Of a DNA stretch of 45,665 nt, positions 1 to 8,419 are shown piece by piece. Under the pieces are notes generated by a model, which did no database searches, had not been told where the DNA came from, and saw only the letters and a program-made list of their open reading frames with translations. The first letter of the stretch is position 1. Every line of letters begins with the position of its first letter. Origin of the DNA: an uncultured Candidatus Saccharibacteria bacterium (lineage in GTDB: Bacteria > Patescibacteriota > Dojkabacteria > CALFHW01); assembly GCA_964640685.1 (NCBI GenBank), contig CAZXFQ010000005.1, positions 1 to 45,665 on the forward strand, written 5' to 3'. The position numbers were made by a program, and so were the translations under genes.

Positions 1-2
1 TA

Positions 3-818
3 GATGGACAATTATTAGGACAGACTCCTTATATTGGAGCAGTTAGAGTTGGTAAACATAATCTGGTTCTGAAAGTAGATGGCTATCAGGACGTAGCGCA
101 AGAGATTTCTTTGAACGCTAATCAGCGCCTAGATTTGAACTATACTCTAGAGGCTTTTGTAATTGACATTTATCAGGATTTCAAGTCACTTGAGCTATCC
201 AGCTTTGGTATCAGTCTGCGTTACCCTGGGGATTGGGAAATCGAAACCTTTGATGATGACATTCTGCAGTTCCAGAACTTTTCTCCAAGCTTAATTAGAG
301 GCAATTTTAGGGGTAATAATTCTATCTCTCAAGTTGATATCAATATTGGTAGTGAAGTAGTTAAGGGCAAATCTGCTACTTATACTATTCCCCTAGCTAT
401 TGTGGACATTCCCGACAATCAAATCCAGTTAATTCCTGGATCATCAAATCTGAAGTTTCAGCTAGCAATTTACGACTATAGTTCTGCGCCTTTTACGGGG
501 ATTACTCGTGAATTTAGGCTGAACAATAACTCCGATGAGAATGCTTTGCGTACTTTTTTTGAAGACTATATTAAGCTACACCCTCAGGCAAATTTCTTCT
601 ATGAAATGGACTTAAGACAGACAAAAAGAGATATTACTGTCAGTGGCAGTACACGATTTCCATCTCCAGCTTCCGCAGCACTTGTGAGTGATGTTGGGGC
701 TAAGGAGGCCGGAGAATTATTGCAAGCAATAAAGACTATTTATAGTCTTAATTACAACAATCAGTCGGATACTGGTATTATCAAGGCAACAGAGCCTGCA
801 AGCTTTTCAATAAAATAG
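3..818 (+). CDS. PEGA-domain protein (5' end lies outside the window)
   Basis: The frame is open from base 3, upstream of the listed TTG at 111. Translation DGQLLGQTPYIGAVRVGKHNLVLKVDGYQDVAQEISL matches the PEGA pattern (G..lG.TP......G.h.v.v...Gy). The C-terminal about 230 aa has no recognisable motif. Confidence 0.6.
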   Translation, partial: DGQLLGQTPYIGAVRVGKHNLVLKVDGYQDVAQEISLNANQRLDLNYTLEAFVIDIYQDFKSLELSSFGISLRYPGDWEIETFDDDILQFQNFSPSLIRGNFRGNNSISQVDINIGSEVVKGKSATYTIPLAIVDIPDNQIQLIPGSSNLKFQLAIYDYSSAPFTGITREFRLNNNSDENALRTFFEDYIKLHPQANFFYEMDLRQTKRDITVSGSTRFPSPASAALVSDVGAKEAGELLQAIKTIYSLNYNNQSDTGIIKATEPASFSIK

Positions 819-840
819 TTATAAACTAGTTATAAACTAG
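816..840. repeat. 11-bp tandem direct repeat (tagttataaac x2 plus tag) spanning two convergent stop codons
   Basis: Read directly: tagttataaac at 816-826 and 827-837, then tag. It contains the TAG stop of the + gene (816-818) and the stop of the - gene (837-839). Confidence 0.8.
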
Positions 841-1553
841 ATTATTTCTAAAAGATGCGCGTTGCGCTTTAGCCAAATTCTATGTTGGCGGTAATCAGCT
901 TGCAAGCTTTCTACTAGTTGCCAGAATTTCGCAGAATGATTATGTTCCTTGAGGTGTGAAAGTTCATGCACTATTACATACTTATAAACTGCCAGAGGCG
1001 CTAAAAGAATTTTCCAATTAAAGTTCAAACTTCCAGAGCTAGAGCAGCTGCCCCAGCGACTTTTCTGCTCACGAATACTGATACCTTGAAAACTAAAGTC
1101 GTGTGCAAGGCCCAAATCATTAACATCTTGCGTAATTCTATCCCTTGCCAGGGCGATGAGCCTTTTCCTCAGAAGCTTTCCCAACTCTTCTCTTTCAGTA
1201 TTTACGTGTGCAAAAACGTAGACTTTATGGGCTTGCCTGTCCAAGTGCAACTTTAGCTGTGAATCAGCTGAGTTTAGACGCACTACTTCCCAAACAGAAT
1301 CTAGTATCGTGAATGTCTCTCCGCTGTAAAACTGTAAATTAGCTTTGCTAGGTAATTTTTCTAATACTTTGCGAATCCAGTCCTGTTGACTTGCCAGAAA
1401 ATGTTGAATAGCAACATCTGAGGCAAATAAGGGCGCAGTTAGTCTGATCTCCCCTACAGGGCTGATGCTGAGCCTCAAATAGCGGTTTCTTCGAGACTTT
1501 TTTACAGATATTTTGCCTTCAATCTCTTGTGCTGTAGTCGTTGCCAATTGCAT
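837..1553 (-). CDS. YgjP-like (DUF45 / M48-type) zinc metallohydrolase
   Basis: WGSCSSSGSLNFNW...YVIVHELSHLKEHNHSAKFW is the characteristic WGSC plus HEXXH(X)3NH signature of the YgjP family. Confidence 0.8.
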   Translation of the reverse strand: MQLATTTAQEIEGKISVKKSRRNRYLRLSISPVGEIRLTAPLFASDVAIQHFLASQQDWIRKVLEKLPSKANLQFYSGETFTILDSVWEVVRLNSADSQLKLHLDRQAHKVYVFAHVNTEREELGKLLRKRLIALARDRITQDVNDLGLAHDFSFQGISIREQKSRWGSCSSSGSLNFNWKILLAPLAVYKYVIVHELSHLKEHNHSAKFWQLVESLQADYRQHRIWLKRNAHLLEII

Positions 1554-1600
1554 AATTAATAGTATACTATACTAGTTAATTTAGATTTACTGCCTGTACT

Positions 1601-2416
1601 ATGGAGGAACTACCCAAAACTACTTTAACTCAGAGACGTACTGAGGTGCTCTCAGGAGCCAAAAAACTCACAAAGTCAAAGCTAGATCACGAAGACGAAC
1701 ACAAAACCCCAGATCGCTCTGCGGTTATCAGAATTGCAATTTGGATTGCAGTTGTAGTCTTGATTGGTATAGGTTCAGCACTTTTTCTGACACAATTTCT
1801 GAATGGCCAAAACAGATTGCCAGCAAATAATTCAAACAACCAAATTGGTACCCCGAAAAAGCCAGATTCATTGCCGGTTGTAGGTCAAGTTGTCGAAGAT
1901 ACAGATGTTGATCCAACTACACCAGCTGTAAGCACACCGCCAAATACCCCGCCTGCAACCGTACCTCAGACTAATCCGGCGGCTAATCCACTCTCCGGCA
2001 GTCAATCTTTAGTCAGCTTGGCGGAATATGCCAATACAGATCGCGCCGCTTCAGCTACAACAGCTCAATCAACTTTGATACTGAATAAAGTTAAATATTT
2101 CGAGACGGTGACGGAGTTCAACTACCAGTTATTTGAGGTCAAAGCAAATTCTGGGATGATTGATCCGGCTATTAGTATCAGCTATGAAGGCAATGATGTC
2201 ATTTTTTCTTTCAAGAATGTTAGCAAGGATAGTGTTATTGGTGAGGAAAAAAGCTTTACTCGTGCATTTACAAATGTAGTCGGGATCACACGTTTACTTG
2301 CGGAAAATAAAGCTAGTGTTTCTAGCTTTAGATTCACTCTTACAAAAAAGGTCCCTGTACGTGTTGTAGTGGACAAAGAAGCCGGGGAGGTATTGCTACA
2401 GATTGACAATAGATAA
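1601..2416 (+). CDS. membrane-anchored hypothetical protein (N-terminal TM, Pro/Thr-rich linker, beta-rich C-terminal domain)
   Basis: TM helix IAIWIAVVVLIGIGSALFLTQFL, then linker TPAVSTPPNTPPATVPQTNPAANP. No family motif recognised. Confidence 0.6.
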   Translation: MEELPKTTLTQRRTEVLSGAKKLTKSKLDHEDEHKTPDRSAVIRIAIWIAVVVLIGIGSALFLTQFLNGQNRLPANNSNNQIGTPKKPDSLPVVGQVVEDTDVDPTTPAVSTPPNTPPATVPQTNPAANPLSGSQSLVSLAEYANTDRAASATTAQSTLILNKVKYFETVTEFNYQLFEVKANSGMIDPAISISYEGNDVIFSFKNVSKDSVIGEEKSFTRAFTNVVGITRLLAENKASVSSFRFTLTKKVPVRVVVDKEAGEVLLQIDNR

Positions 2417-2466
2417 ACTGATCCTAGTCAGCTCTTAAGCTGTTGTGATATGTCCGTATTTGGGAA

Positions 2467-3111
2467 CTATTTGTCTATTCCAAGTTCTTTGCAGAGCTCA
2501 ACAAAGACAGTCTTTAAGATTTCTAACTCCATAGGCAAGAAGTCACTGAGTAAATACCTATGACCGTGCAAATAATCTGCTGCGCTTGCCAGCGTGCCAA
2601 TTGGAGTGTCAGCTTCAGCCACAATTCCAGTCTTAGAGTTAACAACGGTCTTTTCTGTTTGATTGGGCTTCCCCACTCCAATTCTAATATGCCAAAAAGC
2701 CTCTGTCCCAATAGTTTCTATTAATGAGTTGATCCCGTTGTGACTGCGTGGTGATTTGCCCCAGCTTAGCTTGTAACTTCCAAGGCTGATATCTAGATCA
2801 TCATAGGCAACTGCTAATGATTCTGCCCCCAGCTTGTAGAACTGCAATAAGGGCGCTATAGCAGGTCCAGAATCATTCATGTAACTCATGGGTGTGGATG
2901 TTATCAGCTTTTTTGCAGTATACTTCTTTGTAATTAACCTAGCTTCGTTGTTAGTTTGTGACTGCAATCCCTGAATACCTAATAATTCATCCAGGTAGCT
3001 GAGAAATAAAAAACCAGCGTTGTGACGGTTGTTAAGATACTCCCTGCCTGGATTGCCTAAACCAACTAAGAGCTTAAGCTCTGAGTTTTGAAAAAACTGC
3101 TGGATATTCAC
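2467..3111 (-). CDS. pth: peptidyl-tRNA hydrolase
   Basis: N-terminal LLVGLGNPGREYLNNRHNAGF and HNGINS motifs. GTG start. It carries an insertion of about 25 aa (NQTEKTVVNSKTGIVAEADTPIGTLASAADY) relative to E. coli Pth before the C-terminal helix. Confidence 0.9.
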   Translation of the reverse strand: MNIQQFFQNSELKLLVGLGNPGREYLNNRHNAGFLFLSYLDELLGIQGLQSQTNNEARLITKKYTAKKLITSTPMSYMNDSGPAIAPLLQFYKLGAESLAVAYDDLDISLGSYKLSWGKSPRSHNGINSLIETIGTEAFWHIRIGVGKPNQTEKTVVNSKTGIVAEADTPIGTLASAADYLHGHRYLLSDFLPMELEILKTVFVELCKELGIDK

Positions 3112-3117
3112 TACTGA

Positions 3118-3393
3118 TTAGTTGCTAATAGCTGAGGGAATAATGTCAATAGCTTTCTTGCCTTGCTTGTGCCCGGTCAAATTGCGAAACTTAACCTGTC
3201 CATCAATTTTAGAGAAGATAGTGAAATCACGACCCATATCAGTGTTCAGACCAGGATGAAATCTTGTACCACGCTGTCTAACAATAATATTTCCTGGTCT
3301 AACTACTTCACCTGCAAATTTCTTTACGCCCAATCTTTTGCCGATAACGTGTACTACTCTATTTGCAGCTCCTTGTGACTTTGTATGTGCCAT
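3118..3393 (-). CDS. rpmA: 50S ribosomal protein L27
   Basis: [12 protein letters not shown]...[30 protein letters not shown] is canonical L27. It lies 6 nt downstream of rplU. Confidence 0.95.
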   Translation of the reverse strand: MAHTKSQGAANRVVHVIGKRLGVKKFAGEVVRPGNIIVRQRGTRFHPGLNTDMGRDFTIFSKIDGQVKFRNLTGHKQGKKAIDIIPSAISN

Positions 3394-3399
3394 TGTGCT

Positions 3400-3930
3400 T
3401 TATTTGATCGAATTTAAGGTGAATTCAATATAGTGAGGTCTAAATCCAACTTTACGTCGGTATCTAGATTTCGCTTTGAACTTAGCAGTAGTAACTTTAT
3501 CTCCTTTAACAATTTCGCCTAGCTTAAAGTCCACCTTATTTGTTAGATATGGTGTTCCGTATGTAAACTCGCTGCCAAAAACCAGTCCCAGCAAGTTTAC
3601 TTCTGGGGTTGCAGTTGGGTCTAGATCGATTCTACAAGTAATAGTTTCACCTTCAGCTACGATATATTGCATATTGTTGATCTCCAATATTGCCAACTTA
3701 GTTGCAATCTTATCAGTTCTTTCAGTAGTCATTTTGCTAGTTGTTTTAGCAGTTGCCTTGCTATCTGCCTTAATGTCTACTTTAGTTTTTGCAGTCTTCA
3801 TAGTTTTGGTAACTTCGCTAACGTCGTTAGTTTTGGTTGAAACTGTTGCGTTAGTAGCAGTTTCTGCTACATTAGTCTCTTGCTCTGTTTGTGTCTCTGC
3901 TACTTCAGTAGCTTCAGTCTTTTTTGCCAT
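3400..3930 (-). CDS. rplU: 50S ribosomal protein L21 with an N-terminal low-complexity extension of about 80 aa
   Basis: The C-terminal about 95 aa (MQYIVAEGETITCRIDL...KVTTAKFKAKSRYRRKVGFRPHYIEF) is L21-like. The first about 80 aa are T/K/A/E-rich. Confidence 0.85.
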   Translation of the reverse strand: MAKKTEATEVAETQTEQETNVAETATNATVSTKTNDVSEVTKTMKTAKTKVDIKADSKATAKTTSKMTTERTDKIATKLAILEINNMQYIVAEGETITCRIDLDPTATPEVNLLGLVFGSEFTYGTPYLTNKVDFKLGEIVKGDKVTTAKFKAKSRYRRKVGFRPHYIEFTLNSIK

Positions 3931-3936
3931 GAGTCC

Positions 3937-3942
3937 ATTATA
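3937..3942 (-). promoter_or_regulatory. -10 box TATAAT placed 6 nt upstream of the rplU ATG (leaderless arrangement), with TTGGAA 16 nt further upstream
   Basis: Minus strand reads cTTGGAAaatagctaatttctagTATAATggactcATG. No purine-rich SD lies in between. Confidence 0.45.
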
Positions 3943-3976
3943 CTAGAAATTAGCTATTTTCCAAGCCCCATAAGGT

Positions 3977-5335
3977 CTAATTATCTCTTATTCCGCTAAT
4001 AAATTCAAATTTCTCTGCATTATTAGTGGCTTTTAGGCTACTGCGCATAGATTGCACCAACCCTAAGGCTAGCATAATTACAATTACTGAGCTGCCGCCA
4101 TGGCTTAATAAGGGCAATGGTACACCTGTTACAGGCAAAATTCCAATATTCATACCAACATTAATAAATGAATTAATAATAATAATGCTGGCGCACCCAA
4201 AACACACTAATTTTGCAAATTGATCATTGCTTGCGAATGCAACAGCTAAAATGCGCCAAATTAAGCCTCCATATAACATGAACAAGATTATTATACCAAC
4301 AAAGCCGAATTGTTCCGCAAGGGCGGCGAAAATAAAGTCAGTGTGAGCAAACGGCAGTACTTGTAGAGTGCTTTGTCTACCTTGCAGAAATCCGCGTCCG
4401 AATATTTGTCCCGAGCCCACTGCGATGATTGATTGACGCACCTGGAACGACTGGTTCTCTGCCGAATCTCCAGCACTAACAAAGGTTTCGATTCTTTGTC
4501 TCTGGTACCCAGCCAGCACGTTATTATAAATAAACTCGGTAGCAGGCGCAAAGCCAAGGCATACAAGAAATATGCCAATCAAAAGTAGCTTGGAATAATT
4601 AAACAGTCTGATTAATAAAAAGAATATTATAGCTATGGCGACAAATATGAATGCCTTCCATGCAAGATCGCCTAAAAAACTATAATTAGCAATGTCTGCA
4701 AAGATACCCACACGGTAGTAAGCCAGTAGTATCAGAGCGCCTAACCCAAGTGAGATAGTTGTTCTCAACGACATTGGCACATAACAAAATATCACGCTCG
4801 CCCAGATTATGATCAAAATTAAACTGTTTCCTAAGGATTTTTGCGCAAAGACTAATAATGCTGTTACTACAACTAATAAAATGCTGAGGATATACTTCTT
4901 TAGCTGAATTTGCTTTGATTGCTCCATTTTTAGCGCATCGTTTTTCCAGCTAAGTATAAAGGCCGTAATTAATACAACTCCAATCTTGGCAAATTCTGCT
5001 GGCTGAAAGCTGAATGGCCCTAGAATAATCCAACGTAGTGTATTGGCCCTGGCCTCTGCAAAGACCAACACGTAGATGAGTGTAATGATGGTAAAGGCCA
5101 GAACCAATAGGATCACAGTGCGCTGCTTCAGCCAATGGATATCTATCAGTGAAAGCATAAAATACACTGAGAAACCTACCACAAAAAATACAATTTGTCT
5201 GAGCACAGCTCCTTGGCCTTCTTGAGGATTATCAGCACTATATGTAGTAGCGAAGATTAACAATAAAGACAATAAAGTCAGAATTGCTAGTATAATGGTA
5301 ATCAGCCAGTCGTGTTGTTTAAGCTTTGCTAGCAT
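3977..5335 (-). CDS. SEDS-family peptidoglycan glycosyltransferase (RodA/FtsW family), copy 1
   Basis: Polytopic membrane protein with PAEFAKIGVVL, HTDFIFAALAEQFGFVG and GVPLPLLSHGGSS motifs. Confidence 0.9.
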   Translation of the reverse strand: MLAKLKQHDWLITIILAILTLLSLLLIFATTYSADNPQEGQGAVLRQIVFFVVGFSVYFMLSLIDIHWLKQRTVILLVLAFTIITLIYVLVFAEARANTLRWIILGPFSFQPAEFAKIGVVLITAFILSWKNDALKMEQSKQIQLKKYILSILLVVVTALLVFAQKSLGNSLILIIIWASVIFCYVPMSLRTTISLGLGALILLAYYRVGIFADIANYSFLGDLAWKAFIFVAIAIIFFLLIRLFNYSKLLLIGIFLVCLGFAPATEFIYNNVLAGYQRQRIETFVSAGDSAENQSFQVRQSIIAVGSGQIFGRGFLQGRQSTLQVLPFAHTDFIFAALAEQFGFVGIIILFMLYGGLIWRILAVAFASNDQFAKLVCFGCASIIIINSFINVGMNIGILPVTGVPLPLLSHGGSSVIVIMLALGLVQSMRSSLKATNNAEKFEFISGIRDN

Positions 5336-5369
5336 TGTATTTTAATTTTACTGCACAATCTGCGATATT

Positions 5370-6239
5370 ATGTTAATTCCTCAGATAGATCCGAATAGTA
5401 TCAATACTCTAGTATACGACACCTATAAACGTCCAACAGGTGTATTTTTAATTAATAAACCTAGGGGCATCACTTCGCATGATGTAGTAGATGTAGCACG
5501 CAGAGCTCTGCATACTAAGCGAGTTGGACATGCAGGCGCGCTAGATCCCTTTGCTGAGGGCTTGTTAATAATTTTGGTAGGGAAATACACTCAGTACACC
5601 GAGGCTCTCATCGCTCAAGACAAGTCGTATTTAGCCAACGTAATTTTAGGAATACAGACCACTACTCAAGATCCCGAGGGTGACATTATTTTGCAATCAC
5701 AAGTGGATTTAGCTAAGCTTCCCAGCAGTGCTGCAATGAATGTGGCCTTATTGAAGCAGTTCAGTCCCAGCTATGAACAGTCAGTTCCCTTATTTAGTTC
5801 AGTCAAGCTTAACGGCGAGAAACTAAGAGTGTTGGCTAGGTTTGCACAGACGATTGAATATTTGGCAAATGACGAACTGAGGCTCACATTTGCTAAGGTT
5901 TTCAAGTATAACGGCACTAGCTCACTTGAGCATGTCATTAAGCTGCCTAAAAAGCATGTAAAGATCAATAAGCTCGAGCTCCTCTCAACTGCTGCCGTTA
6001 CTAAACTAGAGGTAATGGGTGCCGAAGTGGTTGGTCAATTTAGCAGTCTTGAATTTGCCGTGCATTGTTCAAAGGGCACATACATTAGACAATTGGCTCA
6101 AGATATTGGTGATTCTCTGGACTATCCTGCATTTTTATACGAACTTACTCGAGATTCAATCGGTGTTTTCGGCCTGGAACAGGCACTTTCTTTAGAAGCT
6201 TTAGAAGCACTGGGTAGTAAGTACGCTTTATCTCAGTAA
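5370..6239 (+). CDS. truB: tRNA pseudouridine(55) synthase
   Basis: GHAGALDPFAEGLL catalytic-Asp motif, N-terminal GVFLINKPRGITSHDVV, and GTYIRQLAQDIG. Confidence 0.9.
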   Translation: MLIPQIDPNSINTLVYDTYKRPTGVFLINKPRGITSHDVVDVARRALHTKRVGHAGALDPFAEGLLIILVGKYTQYTEALIAQDKSYLANVILGIQTTTQDPEGDIILQSQVDLAKLPSSAAMNVALLKQFSPSYEQSVPLFSSVKLNGEKLRVLARFAQTIEYLANDELRLTFAKVFKYNGTSSLEHVIKLPKKHVKINKLELLSTAAVTKLEVMGAEVVGQFSSLEFAVHCSKGTYIRQLAQDIGDSLDYPAFLYELTRDSIGVFGLEQALSLEALEALGSKYALSQ

Positions 6240-7026
6240 CTAAAAGAATCGCTAACACACAAGTGCAAGCAAGGTAGCTGATCTGCCCCCAGCTCATTAC
6301 CCCTGAATTCAAAGTAGTCATGCTAGTTTGTGACTGCATGAAATTAATCATACTGCTTTCGTTTCCATCGATCTGAAGTTCCATCCGCGTTTCCGCTTGT
6401 TTGTAATTTACTCTATCTAAATAATGATGTGGAGTAAGATAGTCTTGGTTTAAACGTCGATAAAATTCCTGTGCTGCTCTATCCTGATTCAATTGAGGGG
6501 TCTTTGTAGATATTGATACAGCGACTGCTGCCTCTGACTGTTTGAAAATTCCTGGCAGGGGGAATGAATCTGGACAAATGAGTGCAGTAAGGTTATTGAA
6601 TTGAAAATTATTGATTGCGACATTTTCAACTGACTGGCAAGTATTTATGAGTCGAGTTACCAAGTCGTCTGCAGTGTTTTTATATTTGAACTCTTGAATT
6701 GGCTCAGGAGCATTTGCTGCTTTCAGGAAAATACTGGCGGGACTGTTTAGCAGGCTGAAGTTGAGCTTTGTAGACTGCTCCATTGAAACATTTGGAGGCC
6801 GGCTTTCTAGGTTGGCTAGTAAATAGTAAAAACTATGACGGGGAATAATTCTTGCTTCACTGCTCAATGCTTGATAATTGCCAGAGTTGGTTTTCATCTG
6901 AAACTCAGCAAGATTCAAAGCAGCTGAGCTATTGTTGAAAACCTCTAGCCACTCAGCTTTACTATCAGTTCCAGCTGGATTTGGTAAGACTGCACTAATT
7001 ATTAGATTCTGTTGTAAGGGGTTCAT
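6145..7026 (-). CDS. lamin-tail-domain (LTD) protein with a single C-terminal TM helix
   Basis: N-terminus IISAVLPNPAGTDSKAEWLEVFNNSSAALNLAEF fits the LTD signature (I.Ev..NP.g.D...EwiEl.N). C-terminal TM ISYLACTCVLAILLV is followed by a basic tail. It is the last gene of the prfB-ftsEX-M23 transcription direction. Confidence 0.65.
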   Translation of the reverse strand: MNPLQQNLIISAVLPNPAGTDSKAEWLEVFNNSSAALNLAEFQMKTNSGNYQALSSEARIIPRHSFYYLLANLESRPPNVSMEQSTKLNFSLLNSPASIFLKAANAPEPIQEFKYKNTADDLVTRLINTCQSVENVAINNFQFNNLTALICPDSFPLPGIFKQSEAAVAVSISTKTPQLNQDRAAQEFYRRLNQDYLTPHHYLDRVNYKQAETRMELQIDGNESSMINFMQSQTSMTTLNSGVMSWGQISYLACTCVLAILLVTEIKRTYYPVLLKLLKKVPVPGRKHRLNLE

Positions 7027-7093
7027 TTGCTTTCTAGTGTAACTAGAAAAGCTTAACTAATAATAATGCAGGAGAAAATTAACTCTTACAAAC

Positions 7094-8362
7094 TTACTTT
7101 AAATGCCAATATAGTGATTTCAGGCCCTGATTGCAATTGGCTTTGTTTTCGCAAAGTATTACATAGTTGGCTCCACCAGATTTGCATAACGAGTTGGTTG
7201 AGCTACAAGCCGAAAAGCCCCTAACATAATAACCATCATGTGCTGCATAAACCGGCGCATTATTAGTAGGATGAGCAATGTCTATGGCAGCATGAAACGA
7301 AGAGGTACCCTGTCCAAGATTACGTGCCCCGTAACCACTAGTAAATGCGAATGAGCCTTGTAATGGCCAAGATAATGAACCATTTCCAGCACAGAAACTA
7401 AATTTACCAGCGGGTAGATAGCCACAAGGATTTTGATAGCTACCGTTCAGCTGCACTCCGAAGTGTAAGTGGTAACCAGTTGTTAGTCCAGTCAGACCTT
7501 GTTGACCAATTATTGTACCTTTGCGTACAAAAGTGCCATTATTTACTGAACTAATCTGGTTAAACAGCCTTTGTTGCAGTAGTTCTTGGTCGGCTAAAAG
7601 TTTTGATTCCTGATCACTTAAAGATGCTTGGGCTTTTTTATTAGACTCAATTGACTTCTGTGATTCACTGCGCAAGTTGCTAAGCCGGTTTAGTTTTCCC
7701 TGTAGGTCTGTCTTCTTTTTATCTAGCTCTACGCGTTCTTTATCAAGCGAGCTTTTATCCAGGTTTACTTTCTCTTTATCTCCTTCTAGTCTGGTCTTAT
7801 CTGTCTTTAGCTTGTTATTCTCAGTTTCCAACTGCGTTAAAGCAGAATTAGTATCATCTTGAATTGAGCGTTGATATACATTTTGTTTTACGAAGTCAGT
7901 AGTTGGCTCCGTAAAGATCAAGCTAATGCTGTTGTTATAGGTCTTCTGATCCAAGTACATCTTAGTCAACTGTACATCTGCCTCATCCTCTAGTCCCTTA
8001 ATTTCAGACTTGGTTTTCTCGATCACTTTCTCAGTACTGGCAATATTGCTAGTGAGTATCTCGATTTGCAGATTTAATTCTTTAATAACCAATTCCTTCT
8101 CTTTAATCTCTTCTTCTAACAAGTCCCTTTCTCTGGCTACTCCACTGATTTCGTTTGTGTACTGCCCTTCTCTGTTTTTCTCACTTTTAATGGCATTATT
8201 GATGTCTTCCTTACGTTTCTTGAGGTCCTGTAATTGTTTCTGTACCGCTGCTAAATCTTCGGCAGGGCCTGCGTTAATCGCTCCAGGATATGAGGAAAAT
8301 AGCAGGATTAGCACTGTTAACACTAGCAGGATTTTCGCTTTTATTGAAATACTTTTTGGCAT
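7094..8362 (-). CDS. secreted coiled-coil peptidoglycan hydrolase with an M23 (LytM-type) domain whose halves are in permuted order
   Basis: Signal peptide, then about 240 aa of heptad-rich E/K/L coiled coil. Next comes VRKGTIIGQQGLTGLTTGYHLHFGVQLNGSYQNPCGYL (the HxH half), followed by WPLQGSFAFTSGYGAR...FHAAIDIA...PVYAAHDGYYV...SLYWHLK (the HxxxD half). It lies immediately downstream of ftsX. Confidence 0.8.
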   Translation of the reverse strand: MPKSISIKAKILLVLTVLILLFSSYPGAINAGPAEDLAAVQKQLQDLKKRKEDINNAIKSEKNREGQYTNEISGVARERDLLEEEIKEKELVIKELNLQIEILTSNIASTEKVIEKTKSEIKGLEDEADVQLTKMYLDQKTYNNSISLIFTEPTTDFVKQNVYQRSIQDDTNSALTQLETENNKLKTDKTRLEGDKEKVNLDKSSLDKERVELDKKKTDLQGKLNRLSNLRSESQKSIESNKKAQASLSDQESKLLADQELLQQRLFNQISSVNNGTFVRKGTIIGQQGLTGLTTGYHLHFGVQLNGSYQNPCGYLPAGKFSFCAGNGSLSWPLQGSFAFTSGYGARNLGQGTSSFHAAIDIAHPTNNAPVYAAHDGYYVRGFSACSSTNSLCKSGGANYVILCENKANCNQGLKSLYWHLK

Positions 8363-8419
8363 TAATATATACTAGCAGAGAAAGTTTACTACTACTAGAT
8401 TTTGAGCTAATTGCTATAT

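Noticed and set aside
2429-2442. Hairpin cagct-ctta-agctg between the convergent genes at 2416 and 2467
   Set aside because: The stem is only 5 bp with a weak T-run. That is insufficient for a confident terminator call.
3476-3946. 156-aa ORF antisense to rplU
   Set aside because: It is a mirror image of the low-complexity T/K/A-rich L21 extension. Its composition is hydrophobic repeats (VLSVV, LVLV) typical of shadow ORFs. The sense strand has a clear L21 match.
8010-8375. 121-aa ORF (and 7677-7862) antisense to the M23 coiled-coil region
   Set aside because: Ser/Leu/Phe-rich shadow of E/K/L-rich coiled-coil codons, with no motifs. The sense ORF is strongly supported.
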